Below are positions 1 to 11,704 of a stretch of 64,000 bases of DNA, in pieces; the stretch's first letter is position 1, and the number at the start of each line of letters is the position of its first letter. The stretch comes from Octopus sinensis (Eukaryota): assembly GCF_006345805.1 (NCBI RefSeq), contig NC_043015.1, positions 32,736,001 to 32,800,000 of the forward strand. Reading direction: 5' to 3'. The position numbers were made by a program, and so were the translations under genes. The notes beneath the pieces are model-generated. The model ran no database searches and was not told the DNA's origin. It worked only from the letters and a program-made list of their open reading frames with translations.

Positions 1-331
1 TCTACTGGAAACTAGTCTAATGGATTGATTTATCACGTGCCTTTAATCACACACATTTATTTATAATTGTATCTATATATACTCATACATATACATACAT
101 GATACCTTCATACGTAGAATATATGAGCATACTTCTACGTACTGATAATTTGTGGGATAATCTGTTGCGGAATAGTAAAGATATGCAAAACTTTTCCAAA
201 GTTTAATATAATCTTCACCATTGCTTTACATTAACTCTATTAACGGAAGTTTCGTTCCCTTTTGCGAACCAAATTCTTAGTAAGAATTTAGTAAGAATTT
301 ATCTAATCTAATAAGAATGTTAGCCTGTATG

Positions 332-422
<91 letters not shown>

Positions 423-449
423 GTCTGTCTGTCTGTCTGTCTGTCTGTC
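332..449. repeat. (TCTA)n/(TCTG)n compound microsatellite
   Basis: Direct reading; produces the spurious SIYL-repeat ORF 317..586. Confidence 0.97.
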
Positions 450-595
450 GATCGATCAATCGATTGATCTATCTATCCGCGGAGTCTGGGAAACCGTCCT
501 TAAGAGCCTTTTTAGTTAGGAAGGACTTCTCTCTCCCTCTCTTTATCTCTATCTCTGTGCGTGCGCTTGAACATATAGATAGATAAATATACTGT

Positions 596-635
<40 letters not shown>

Positions 636-2017
636 GAGAGATCAAATTTTATACAAAGTTAGACTATGATATATCTCAAGCCATGTCATAGATTGCAGCG
701 CGCTCTGTTTTGGTATTCCAGCAACGCATCATTAAAGAAATTCTTCGGCTATCAACTACCCAAAATAGACAATTTATTTTACAAACAAGTAAGGAATCTT
801 CAAGACTTCCAGGTTACGGTATATGCATCCCACATCAAACTATCTGAATTTTCCCCATCTCAAAAGACATTTTACTAAGTGATTTATAAGTATTGTGTAT
901 AGTTCGATCTGCATTCCAGATACCTTGGCAAAAACACAGACGTGTACATTCGAACGTGGAAAGACCTTTCGCTGCGGAAAGTTTACCTGAAAAATTGTCC
1001 ACATAAACAATATGTATGCGTGTGTGTGTGTGTGTGCGTGTACGCGTGTGTGTCTGGTTGTGTGTATGTCTGTCTGTGTGTATGCATATATATTATAAAT
1101 ACATACAGTTTGCAATAGTAAGATGTAATTCACGAATACTGAATACGTCTTCACGAAGAATTACATTTATATAGATATGTATATGCATACAGAGGAAAGC
1201 GTGTGTTTCTGTGGAAAGATAAGAAAAAAGAGAATGAAGAAAAAAAATGGATCCTAGGAAAGAAAAACGAAAGAAGCAAAGAAAGGGAGAACTAGAAAGA
1301 AATAAGAGAATAAGAAATTTTAGATCTTATTTGCAGAAATACATCAAAGTGAACCACGTAGATCATGTTGAATTATATGTCAAATCAGCAAAAAGAAACA
1401 AGCAGAGAAAAACAGCGGCCTTTGAAAGGGTGACAGTAGAAGCAATGATAGGAACTGAGTGTATATATATATACATATAATTACATATATCTATTATATA
1501 TGTACATGTCTCACTCGTCTCTTACTGTATATATATATATATATAATTAGATATATATAATATATATATATAATATATATATATATAGTGTGTGTGGGTG
1601 TGTGTGTGTGTGTTATATAAATGATGATCATGATTAATTATCAACGTACGAAAAAATGGCGTAGTTTATCTCGCTTTCATTTTTGTTTATTATAGTCATA
1701 GATAGATTATTATTTTAACAATAAGTTAATGTAATGCCTGTACATGTATGTATGTATGTATGTATATAGATGAGTATGTGTGTGTTGTGTGTATGTGCGT
1801 GTCTATGTGTGTATTTATAGATGAATATATATATATATATATATATACTATATATATATACACTCAATACACACATACATACGCGTGTCTTTCAGACTAT
1901 ATTATATTCAAGTGTATGTAAATAATCATATTCATCTATAAATAACACATAGGCACGCACATACATACACACACACACACACGCAAACACACACACACAC
2001 AATATAATATATATATA

Positions 2018-2053
<36 letters not shown>

Positions 2054-3230
2054 TATATATACTTATATATATGTGTGTGTGCATGGATATAAATAACGTG
2101 AAGTAAAACGAAAAAATAAGCTGTACTCTTTCTCTAATTAAAGGTGAAAATCATATCTTCAGTTTGGTTATAGAATCAAAAACATATCACGTGACTTAAA
2201 AAATATCTTGCTGGTTGTTTTATCTTTGTATTTATCAATTTAGTTATTGTTATTAATATTGTTATTATTATTTTATTATTATTATTGTTATTTTTTTTTT
2301 ATTCATTTTCCTACATCTTGTTTAGTTGTTTTGCTTCCGCTATTGTAATAATATAATAAGCTTTTTGTTCATTCCTCAGTCACATACGTATATTCATACA
2401 CTCGCATACAAACAAACATATGTACAACGACATATCTACACACACACATGAACACGCACACAGACACACACTCAAATACATATATCTGTAGAGATGGGGT
2501 GGGGTTCGGTGTATGTATATATATAATTTACTTTTAGTTTTTGTTTTACATATATATATATATTATTGTTTTTCTTATATATATATTATTGTTTTTACTT
2601 GTACGACTTGAAAAAAATATTCCTCCCAAAACAATGGGCTCGTTATTTTATCAACACGAAGAAACATCCAAGAGATACGAACAAATAAGACTTCGTTTTG
2701 TTTTTCTAAAAAGTTCAAATTTTGACCACAAAGAGCGGCCATTTTTCCTTGACAAAATGCTATCATATTTCTCTCTCTCTCTCCTTCCTCTCTCCCTTTA
2801 ATAGTCTCTTTCGCTTTTACTTTTTCTCTTAATATCCTATTCACCCTCTCTTTATCATTCTCTGTATCTGTTTTTGTCTCCTTGGCTTTTTCTAATTCCT
2901 TACACTCACAGAATATTGATTTCTATCAGACTATTATTAATCCACGCCTGCTCTATTCTGAATTGAGTTCTTTTCAATTTCATTCCGTTCGCCATTCGGT
3001 CCAACATATGACTTCACACATAGATAGATATTCACATCATTAGGCCAGTCAATCCTTTTTTTCACAAAGCCAGCTACATATAAACCTCACAGCGCGTAAA
3101 TATGGTGGCAAACATGAATTCATAGTTACAAGCATACATTCGCGTGCATGACTGTATGTGTACGTGTGTATGCATTGTGTATATGCATGATATGCATGTA
3201 TGTATGTATTATGTATTTACCACCCTCTCA

Positions 3231-3270
<40 letters not shown>

Positions 3271-3543
3271 CTCTGCATATGTCATTATGTACGTATTGTC
3301 GTTATATATATATACATACATACATATATATATGTATGTATATATAAACACACATATATATATTTAAATATAAACAGACATATATATATAATGTACACAC
3401 ACACACACACACAAATATATATATATACTGAAAGAGAGAGAGGGGGAGAGGGAGAGAGATACATGTGTTTGTACATGTATACAGACACATGCATATATCT
3501 GTGTGTATGCATGGAAAAAAAAGGAGGGGGAGAGAAATAAAAG

Positions 3544-3544
<1 letters not shown>

Positions 3545-3585
<41 letters not shown>

Positions 3586-3650
3586 GATGAGGAGGAGGAG
3601 GAGGAGGGGGAGAAGAAGAAGAAGAAGAAGAAGAAGAAGAAGAAGAAGAG
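3545..3650. repeat. Compound trinucleotide tract (AAT)n-(GAT)n-(GAG)n-(GAA)n
   Basis: Direct reading. Confidence 0.95.
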
Positions 3651-3994
3651 TGTTCAGTATATACATTAATAATGTGGCATGATTATCATAGGTATTTTTC
3701 AAAACTTTAAACTTCATCCAGTGATATTTCAGACCAAATTATGTAATCATAAGGAAGATATGTTTGTTTAGAATAACAGAGCTTCTGAAGAATGTCAGAG
3801 AAAACACCGATGAAAAGGCAGTCGAAAAATCTATTCAAATTTGAATTGTTTTACCGAATACCTAAAATGCATCTGCCTATAGTAGTGCTGATACAATACA
3901 AATTGAAGCTATTAAACCATGAAAGAAACGTACGTTAGATGCTAGAAATAGCGACCAAATTTCCCCTCAGATCACACCCTACTGCAGTTGCAGT

Positions 3995-4135
3995 GATGTT
4001 TGTGCGGTTAAGAAACTTGTTTTTGCAGCCGCATGGTTTCAGGTTCAGTCCCACTGTGCAGCACTTTGCACAAGTGTCTTCTTCAATGGTCACGAGGCAG
4101 ATGAATGCCTCTTATGAGCGAATTTGCTCGATGAA
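3995..4135 (+). mobile_element. Degenerate 5' part of SINE family A
   Basis: GGTTCAGTCCCACTG and CAAGTGTCTTCT match the heads of the better-preserved A copies at 7441 and 34088. Confidence 0.7.
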
Positions 4136-4314
4136 ATTTTATAGTGGAAAGCTTGGAACATACATACAACATATATATATATATATAATAATAATATATA
4201 TATATTATGCATATATAGCTATGTATAATAGTTTTATATATGTAATATATATATGTATGTAATATATATTGCTATATAGATGTGTATATATTTATATATA
4301 TATACACACCGATA

Positions 4315-5182
4315 TTTGGCGCGAGTGCGATGATTTGAAAATTTTAGTGCAATATTACCTTGGCAGGGTCGGAAATGCCTCGTGAAAATATCTGTTCCGA
4401 CTTGATATCTTACTGAAGAATCTGAGGGCCTATGGAAGATTGGCTAGATTTAATTATCAGGTTATTACATTAAACAGCAGATATACGGTGCATCGTATAA
4501 GAAATACAGGGTAAATGTTTTTTAAATTTTCTCTGGTTTACGAATTAATTTTTATTTGCGGTTGAAGCTTTGGCTGTTATTTTAGTGGGTTAATGGCCTA
4601 TTATGGGCGTTCCTTGATTGTTGATGTTGAACTATAAATGGTCTTTGACTATTTAATTTTTTCCCACTAGGGCCCTGGGGCAAAAAATTCTACAAATTTT
4701 TTTTTCCACCCTATTTGATTAATTATAATTTCTGGTTAATTCCGTAATGGAATGACGGCTTATATTTATTTGCTGCATAATTTGGCGCGAGTGCGATGAT
4801 TTGAAATTTAGGTCAGATATTACCTTGGCAGGTCGGAATGCCTCGTGAAAATATCTGTTCCGACTTGAGCTATTTCTAACTGAAGAATCTGATGCCTATG
4901 AAGATGGCTTGATATATTTATCAGGTTAGTTTACCATTAAACAGCAATAAACGGTGCATCGTATAAGACTTACAGGGTAATGTTTTTTAAATTTTCTCCG
5001 TTTACGAATAATTTTTATTTGCGGTTGAGCTTTGGCTGTTATTTCTAGTGGGTGAATGGCCTATTATTCCTTGATTGTTGATGTGAACTTATAATGGTCT
5101 TACTATTTAATTTTTCCCACTAGGCCGCTGGTGGAAAAAAATTCTACAAAATTTTTTTTGCCACCCTATATTGATTATAATA
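4315..5182. repeat. Imperfect direct duplication (about 4315-4730 and 4781-5182), possible assembly artefact
   Basis: Both copies start TTTGGCGCGAGTGCGATGATTTGAAA and align for about 400 bp; differences are mostly homopolymer-length indels. Confidence 0.9.
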
Positions 5183-5309
5183 TATGTATATATAATATAT
5201 CTACATACATACGTATATATATATATTTGTTTGTGTGCGTGTGTGTGTATAATTATATGTTTGTATATATATATATATATATATATGTCTGTGTCTTGGT
5301 GCTTTTTTT

Positions 5310-5510
5310 ATACCGCCACTAACGCTTGACAACCTGTGTTAGATCGTTTACGTCCCAGTAACTTAACGGTTCAGCAAAAAGACGCCGATTGAATAAATAC
5401 CGAACCTTAAAAATAAGTCCTGGGGTCAATTTTTTCGACTAAACAGATCAAGATGCTATCCCAGCATGACCACAGCCTCTTTCTGAAACCGATAAAAGAA
5501 TAATAGAACA
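5310..5510 (+). mobile_element. SINE family A, 3' half
   Basis: CGCTTGACAACC...AATAAGTCCTGGGGTC...CCAGCATGACCACAG...CTGAAAC matches other A copies. Confidence 0.8.
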
Positions 5511-5645
5511 AAAGAATAGTAAAGTATTGATCCAAGCCAGTTGATTGGCCGAATGGCGGTTGAATGTCTGATCGGATACCTTTCGGAAATTATTCCGATT
5601 TTCTGGGAGACATTTGTATCAAGAGTCCAGCTTAAGGATAACTTG

Positions 5646-5648
<3 letters not shown>

Positions 5649-5732
<84 letters not shown>
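5649..5732. repeat. (TC)n microsatellite, about 42 units
   Basis: Direct reading. Confidence 0.98.
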
Positions 5733-5734
<2 letters not shown>

Positions 5735-5789
5735 TCCTAACAGAGTTGAAAAGCCTGTAAATGTGCCATGGGCACTGCAAGCGTACATA

Positions 5790-5853
5790 CAGGGTGTTCG
5801 GGCTATATTTGACAGTTTACATAAAAAGAAACAAATACAATATCCCAACTAAA

Positions 5854-5891
<38 letters not shown>

Positions 5892-5902
5892 TAATAAAGA
5901 TG

Positions 5903-5972
<70 letters not shown>

Positions 5973-6266
5973 AATAATAAAAGTAAATATCAAGTAGATA
6001 ATAACTGGGAGATAACAGTTCCTTCAAAGTAGCCCTATTAGCTTCAACCACAAACGCAACACGGCTCCGGAACCTGTCACATGCGTCCCTTACTGTGTCC
6101 CTGGGGAGATCTTCGAACATATTATATTCAGCCTTGGTGTTGCAGGCAGAGCGGTTGGTGTTTCCTCGACCGTACTTCGCACACATTAATCTAACGGATT
6201 ACAATCGGAGCGATTAGGAAACCAAATAATGGCGCTGGTGATTTCATAGAAATTCTCCGACAACTA
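5790..6266 (-). mobile_element. Tc1/mariner (probably maT/DD37D-type) relic: transposase C-terminus plus likely 3' TIR
   Basis: Minus strand reads LSENFYEITSAIIWFPNRSDCNPLD*CV (decayed WPPNSPDxNPLD motif), then after a frameshift NTKAE..FEDLPRDTVRDACDRFRSRVAFVVEAN, typical of the C-terminus. TA|CAGGGTGTTCGG at 5788-5801 fits a TA target plus TIR. An (AAT)n tract at about 5852-5985 interrupts it. Confidence 0.75.
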
Positions 6267-6483
6267 CTACAAAAATATATATATTGAGTGCATGTGCATA
6301 TACATATATATATATATATTCTTATTTGAAAACTCCACTAGAATGGACGAAAGCGCTAATATATGATATATGATGTATAAAAACATATAATATACAAATA
6401 AATATCTGTAAATATAAAACATCCGAATTTCTGAGTACCGTCATTTCTTCTATCAAAAAATACCTATACATCATCTCCAAACC

Positions 6484-6519
<36 letters not shown>

Positions 6520-7251
6520 GCACTCAATATTCAAATGTATTGAGTCCTTTCTTAAATTGCGGATACCATTATCATATAATAAGGTATACTTTATATGTAT
6601 GTATATGTGTGTGTGTGTGACTGCGTGTAAGCGTATTATATTTCTAATAGACTCGAGCTGTCATCTGCAGCGAATATATGCGTCAATAACCATGAACACA
6701 CATCTGTAGTCCGATACACATCTATATGTGTAACATATACATGTTTGGGCAACATATACTTGGATTACTGTGTTGATATTAGTGTATGTTTCTGTAAAAC
6801 ATTTGACATATCTGACAGTTAACTGGAAGTCTTCCATTTTGTTTAATGATATCGTTAATGCTTGCGACATATCTATGGCACACACGCATAAACAGCGACA
6901 CTAGTATATATCTGTATGTACGCATCTATGTATCTATGTATGTATATATTTATGTATGTATGTATATATATGAGTTTCATGAGCAAACAGTATTGGCTAG
7001 GTGACCCAGTAGTGATGTATACCGAAAGATCTGACATTAAATGGTTACTTAGGCAAACAGAAGGATAGCTATTTAGAGAGAGAAAGAGAGAGAGAGAGGT
7101 TATATGTATAGAAATATATTCACATATTCATAAACATGAAGATACGCCGGTTGACAGAACGATTTATGGATGTGTGTATATGTGTGCTGCTAGAAGGAAA
7201 GATGGACACGCATAAATCACACGCAAATACACCCAACCATATAGATTCACA

Positions 7252-7292
<41 letters not shown>

Positions 7293-7310
7293 TAATATAG
7301 ATATATATGT

Positions 7311-7429
7311 ATTTTCGGCCATATCACGTTGAAAACATCAGTTCTCGTCCGATCGCTGAAGTTAAGCAACGTCGAGCCTGGTTAGTACTCAGACTGGTGA
7401 CCGCTTGAGAAACCTTGCTGCTATAAACG
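7311..7429 (+). pseudogene. 5S_rRNA: 5S rRNA pseudogene
   Basis: CGGCCATATCACGTTGAAAACATCAGTTCTCGTCCGATCGCTGAAGTTAAGCAACGTCGAGCCTGGTTAGTACT...GGTGACCGC is recognisable invertebrate 5S over the full ~119 nt. The 5' end is eroded, box C carries substitutions (AGTACTCAGACTGGTGAC), and it is followed by GTCTTT. Confidence 0.9.
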
Positions 7430-7440
7430 TCTTTAAAAAT

Positions 7441-7548
7441 AGGCGCAGGAGTGGCTGTGTGGTAAGAAGCTTGCTTCCCAACCACATGGTTCTAGGTTCA
7501 GTCCCACTGCGTGGCACCTTGAGCAAGTGTCATCTACAATGGCCTCGA
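7441..7548 (+). mobile_element. SINE family A head (tRNA-derived), 3'-truncated
   Basis: AGGCGCAGGAGTGGCTGTGTGGTAAG (box A-like TGGCTGTGTGG) and GGTTCAGTCCC (box B-like). Confidence 0.9.
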
Positions 7549-7680
7549 ACATTTCCTTAGGACATTTCCTGGGATTAGAGGAGTTGCTGGTTTGAGCTTC
7601 GTTGTCCTTGCACAAACGGTCTGGGAGGAGTTAACAAGCATAAAGATCGGACAGATATATATATAAATGTATATATATAT

Positions 7681-8005
7681 AGGCGCAGGAGTGGCTGTGT
7701 GGTAAGTAGCTTGCTAACCAACCACATGGTTTCGGGTTCAGTCCCACTGTGTGGATTTGGTAGACGGAAACTGAAAGAAGCCTGTCGTATATATGTGTAA
7801 TGTGTGTGTGTTTGTCCCACTAGCATTGCTTATCAACCGATGCTAGTGTGTTTACGTCTCCGTCACTTAGCGGTTCGGCAAAAGAGACCGATAGAATAAG
7901 TACTGGGCTTACAAAGAATAAGTCCCGGGGTCGATTTGCTCGACTAAAGGCGATGCTCCAGCATGGCCGCAGTCAAATGACTGAAACAAGTAAAAGAAAG
8001 AGTAA
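7681..8005 (+). mobile_element. SINE family A with internal deletion
   Basis: Head joined directly to GGATTTGGTAGACGGAAACTGAAAGAAG; complete 3' half ending GACTGAAACAAGTAAAAG. Confidence 0.9.
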
Positions 8006-8863
8006 AATATATATATATATATTTATATATATGTTGCTGACACATCCAAATTCAATAATATAGTTTGTTGGTGTCAAAATTGTGATGATATTTGGTCGAT
8101 AACTGATGAGGGATGGACATGTCCGAGTTCATTGTACGTTTTGTCCTATTTATTCCACATACCCGAGCGAGCACACGTGCGCGCTTTTTTTACGGAACTT
8201 ACATACAATTTCTAGCCCAGTGGCTTCATGCTACTGAGTTGCCCATTAATTTTCATCCGGAAAGACAAAAGTTGACGAGAATGTCAAAATTCTTGTCAAT
8301 TATAATGGCGGAATGTCGAAATTTTGTTTTGCTATTGTTGGTAGTCAACCAATAGGAATCCTCGGGTGCTGGAAATTCCATCAGAAAATTCTATTAGAAA
8401 ATTCCTTCTAGTCTGCACGGACCTCCATCTTTTTGTTCGTTATTAAAAAGGGTGTTTGTGCATCTGTATCTGTCTGTGTTCGATCCTGCAGCATCGGTCA
8501 GGAATGTAAGACAACCTTAGTGCTTAATCCTTCAATAGCTGCTTTATCTTATTCGGCTACAGATTTATTATAACTAATCTTAAAATACGTGTATCCGTGG
8601 TACTGTGACACATGCCTCAGTCACAGGAGGTACCTGATTCAATTACACGAAATATTTGTTTATTGTTGTTGTTATTACCGTTGTCGTTAGTGTTGTTGTT
8701 GTCGTTGCTGATGCTGTTACTATTTATATTGTTGTTTTGATTCAGAATGTTGTTATTTTCGAAAGAAAAATGTTCCCAAACAACCAAATATATAAATTGA
8801 CACGTCTCGGTGGAAGTTTGATGTTTATCTTATCTTTTCACCATGTAAAATAGATGATAGACT

Positions 8864-8904
<41 letters not shown>

Positions 8905-8908
8905 TATT

Positions 8909-9122
8909 AACAAGAGCACTCAGAGAGCGCAAACCTCCGTCAAGGCCACAACAACATCCTCTCAATGATTAGCCAGAGATTTTTAAAATGAGAAAATCTG
9001 AGATAAACTCGACTGCTCTCACAAACGAGAATACTAAAAATGAACCCAACCGCTCTCAAAAATTAAGTAAAGATAACCGGAGAAATAATCCAGAATCTTT
9101 GTCCGGTACCTGATCGATCCCA
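8909..9122 (+). mobile_element. Unclassified interspersed repeat fragment (family C)
   Basis: AAGAGCACTCAGAGAGCGCAAACCTCCG... recalled as a common octopus repeat; single copy here, so support is recognition only. Confidence 0.45.
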
Positions 9123-9359
9123 GTGGTAGTCATGGAATGTGAAGATGGCTGTAGATAATTTAGAAACAGTAATAAATAGTTTATCCTTATGTAATACAAG
9201 CCAAAGTTAAGAAATTCATTATTCAAAATAGTTACAGCCTAAAGGGAGATAATCGAGAAAGACATGAAAGTTAACGTAAGATCGTAATAATAATGATAAT
9301 GATAATAGTTTCACGTTTTTGCACAAAGGGAGGTGCTAAAGCGAACACATGACCCTCTA

Positions 9360-9447
9360 AGGCTCAACTGGTAATTACTTTATCGACTCCGAATGGATTA
9401 AAGGCAAAGTCAACCTCGGCGTGCTTATCATTCTGCCAGCCCGCCAC
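9360..9447 (-). mobile_element. SINE family B fragment, internally deleted
   Basis: AAAGGCAAAGTCAACCTCGGC and TTCTGCCAGCCCGCC are reverse complements of B segments seen at 49434. Confidence 0.7.
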
Positions 9448-9451
9448 CTTT

Positions 9452-9495
<44 letters not shown>

Positions 9496-9496
<1 letters not shown>

Positions 9497-9597
9497 TGCC
9501 TGGTGTACCTTATCAGACGGGTAGTCATGATGGGTATATTGGGCTTCGTATATTTTACCCCCAGTGTCACTTTGATGGCAGCACTGCTCTCTCACTC
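9496..9597 (+). mobile_element. 5'-truncated retroelement 3' tail within (AAT)n (R4/Dong-like LINE inferred)
   Basis: GACGGGTAGTCATGATGGGTATATTGGGCTTCGTATATTTTACCCC(C)AGTGTCACTTTGATG...GCTCTCTCACTC flanked on both sides by (AAT)n; homologous copy at 21221-21302. Confidence 0.65.
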
Positions 9598-9633
<36 letters not shown>

Positions 9634-9786
9634 GAAGAAGAAGAAGAAGAAGAAGAAGAAGAAGAAGAAGAAGAGAAGAGGAGAAGAAGAGAAGAAGAAG
9701 AAGAAGAAGAAGAAGAAGAAGAGAAGAAGAAGAAGAAGAAGAAGAAGAAGAAGAAGAAGAAGAAGAAGAAGAAGAAGAAGAAGAAG
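9598..9786. repeat. (AAT)n-(AAG)n compound microsatellite
   Basis: Direct reading. Confidence 0.97.
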
Positions 9787-10144
9787 AATGTATTAGATAC
9801 AGCAATATGAAAGGAGACCGTTCAAATTTAGTTCATCCAGCCAAGAGTGCAATGAGAGTGAATAACAACTGAAAAGATCGCCGGTGTTATGGTTTTATGT
9901 CTAAGTAAATTAAACAAATACGATCTCAGATATATCACATACATAAAATATTGAATATCTACCTCCAGTAAATTATCGTGGAAAACATGTAAGGTCGTAT
10001 CTATCGTCATACCACAAATAGTTTACCCACAACCCCTAACTTTCTTGGAGTTATATATATATATATATATATAGGTAGGTAAATGTGTGCAAATGCTCAC
10101 ATGTATATAGACCTGTATACACACATATGATATATATATATGTA

Positions 10145-10450
10145 AAAGAAATACAAACTGGGACAAGAAAGCAAAACATTTAGAAGACGATACAAAAAAC
10201 ACGGACGGAACATTCGAAGCCTTCAATCTTCAGTCAAGAAATGGATCATCCTCGCAATTTCGGCTGAATAATCTTGAGATTGCTCCGATCTGGCAAGTCC
10301 CAAAGGAAAATCTAAGCCAAGCGCATTAGATTCCTTGGAAGAAAACATCGAATGTATACAAAACAAGGACGGAAAACCGGACGATGTTACACGAACAAGA
10401 ATACAAAAATACGTAAAAACAATAATGATAATAATAATAACAAAAACAGG
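10145..10450. mobile_element. Unclassified interspersed repeat (family H), copy 1
   Basis: Shares GCAATTTCGGCTGA.TAATCTTGAGATTGCTCCGAT and AAATCTAAGCCAAGCGCATTAGAT with 26750-27070. Confidence 0.75.
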
Positions 10451-10995
10451 ACGTCACAGATATATATATACACATATACAATATATATATATACACATAT
10501 ACAATATATATATATATGAACCGAGCAATACAAAATAAGGGGTTTATGTAGGAAATGCACATGTACAGGCTTACACACACATACACACACACACACATTC
10601 ATGGAAACACACTTAGGGCGCACATACACGTACACACAATCACCCTGTACAGGGCATGAATGATAACGTATCATAGAATAATAACAGGGGCCGTGTCAAT
10701 AGATAATTGTATGGAATGATGGAAAAGGGAAGAGAGAAAGGCTTGGTCGTGCTAAAATGTAGTCGTCGATTTCTCTGAATGGAGTCTACGAGAGTTACGC
10801 ACCGAAACCATCTAAATGCAAATAGATATGCACATGTTGAAGTACGCTCAACAATGCACAACCCAAAAGCTGCATTGTTGCAACGATAGAGAAGCAACTT
10901 GGTGCACACAGGGAAAACGGAAAGGAAATGTTGATGCAAAGATTCTCAATAAATATCAACATATAACACGATATGTATATGTATACATGCACATG

Positions 10996-11055
<60 letters not shown>

Positions 11056-11056
11056 A

Positions 11057-11087
<31 letters not shown>

Positions 11088-11206
11088 TGTATGTATTATG
11101 TATGTATCTATATATCTATCTATATCTATCTATCTATTTGCTGCTAATGGTGTATAAAACGGGTTCGTGTTCCAGAATTGGTAGAAGAGTGATATCGACC
11201 TGTATT

Positions 11207-11448
11207 TTTTTACTTGTTTCAGTCATTTTACTGCGGCCATACTGCAGTACCTCCTTTAGTTGAATTCGACCCCAGGACTTGTTCTTTGTAAACCTAGTAC
11301 TTATTCTATCGGTCTCTTTTGCCGAACCACTAGGTTATGGGGACGTAAATATACCAACATCGATTGTCAAGCGAATGTGAAGGGGACAAATACAGACATG
11401 CAAATACATACACACACACACATACACACATATATATATAAACATATA

Positions 11449-11497
<49 letters not shown>

Positions 11498-11641
11498 GGC
11501 TTCTTTCAGTTTCCGACTACCAAATCTACTAGCCCAAGGCTATAGTAGAAAACGCTTGCTCAAGATGCACCGCAGTGGGACTGAACCATGAACCATGTGT
11601 TTGGGAAGCAAACTTCTTACCACACTGCCACGCCTGCGCCT
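11207..11641 (-). mobile_element. Near full-length SINE family A with central (CA)/(TA) tract
   Basis: 3' half at 11207-11400, microsatellite, then head ending CCACACTGCCACGCCTGCGCCT. Confidence 0.9.
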
Positions 11642-11704
11642 ATAAACACACATACGCATGTACACACATATGTGTATGTGGAAGATTGTTGGGTTACACT
11701 AATA

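Noticed and set aside
699-1012. Possible exon pair (699-788, 920 onward) giving ...QIPWQKHRRVHSNVERPF, faintly like a C2H2 linker
   Set aside because: No cysteines of a zinc finger, a weak first acceptor, an early stop, and no recognisable protein.
3772-3843. TTTAG acceptor followed by ITELLKNVRENTDEKAVEKSIQI*
   Set aside because: Too short, with no recognisable family or partner exon.
7441-7520. SINE heads as tRNA genes
   Set aside because: Box A/B-like motifs are present, but there is no complete cloverleaf and the heads continue into SINE bodies.
8103-8135. CTGATGAGGGATGGACATGTCCGAGT as a hammerhead
   Set aside because: GAAA is replaced by GAGT and there is no stem III or stem I.
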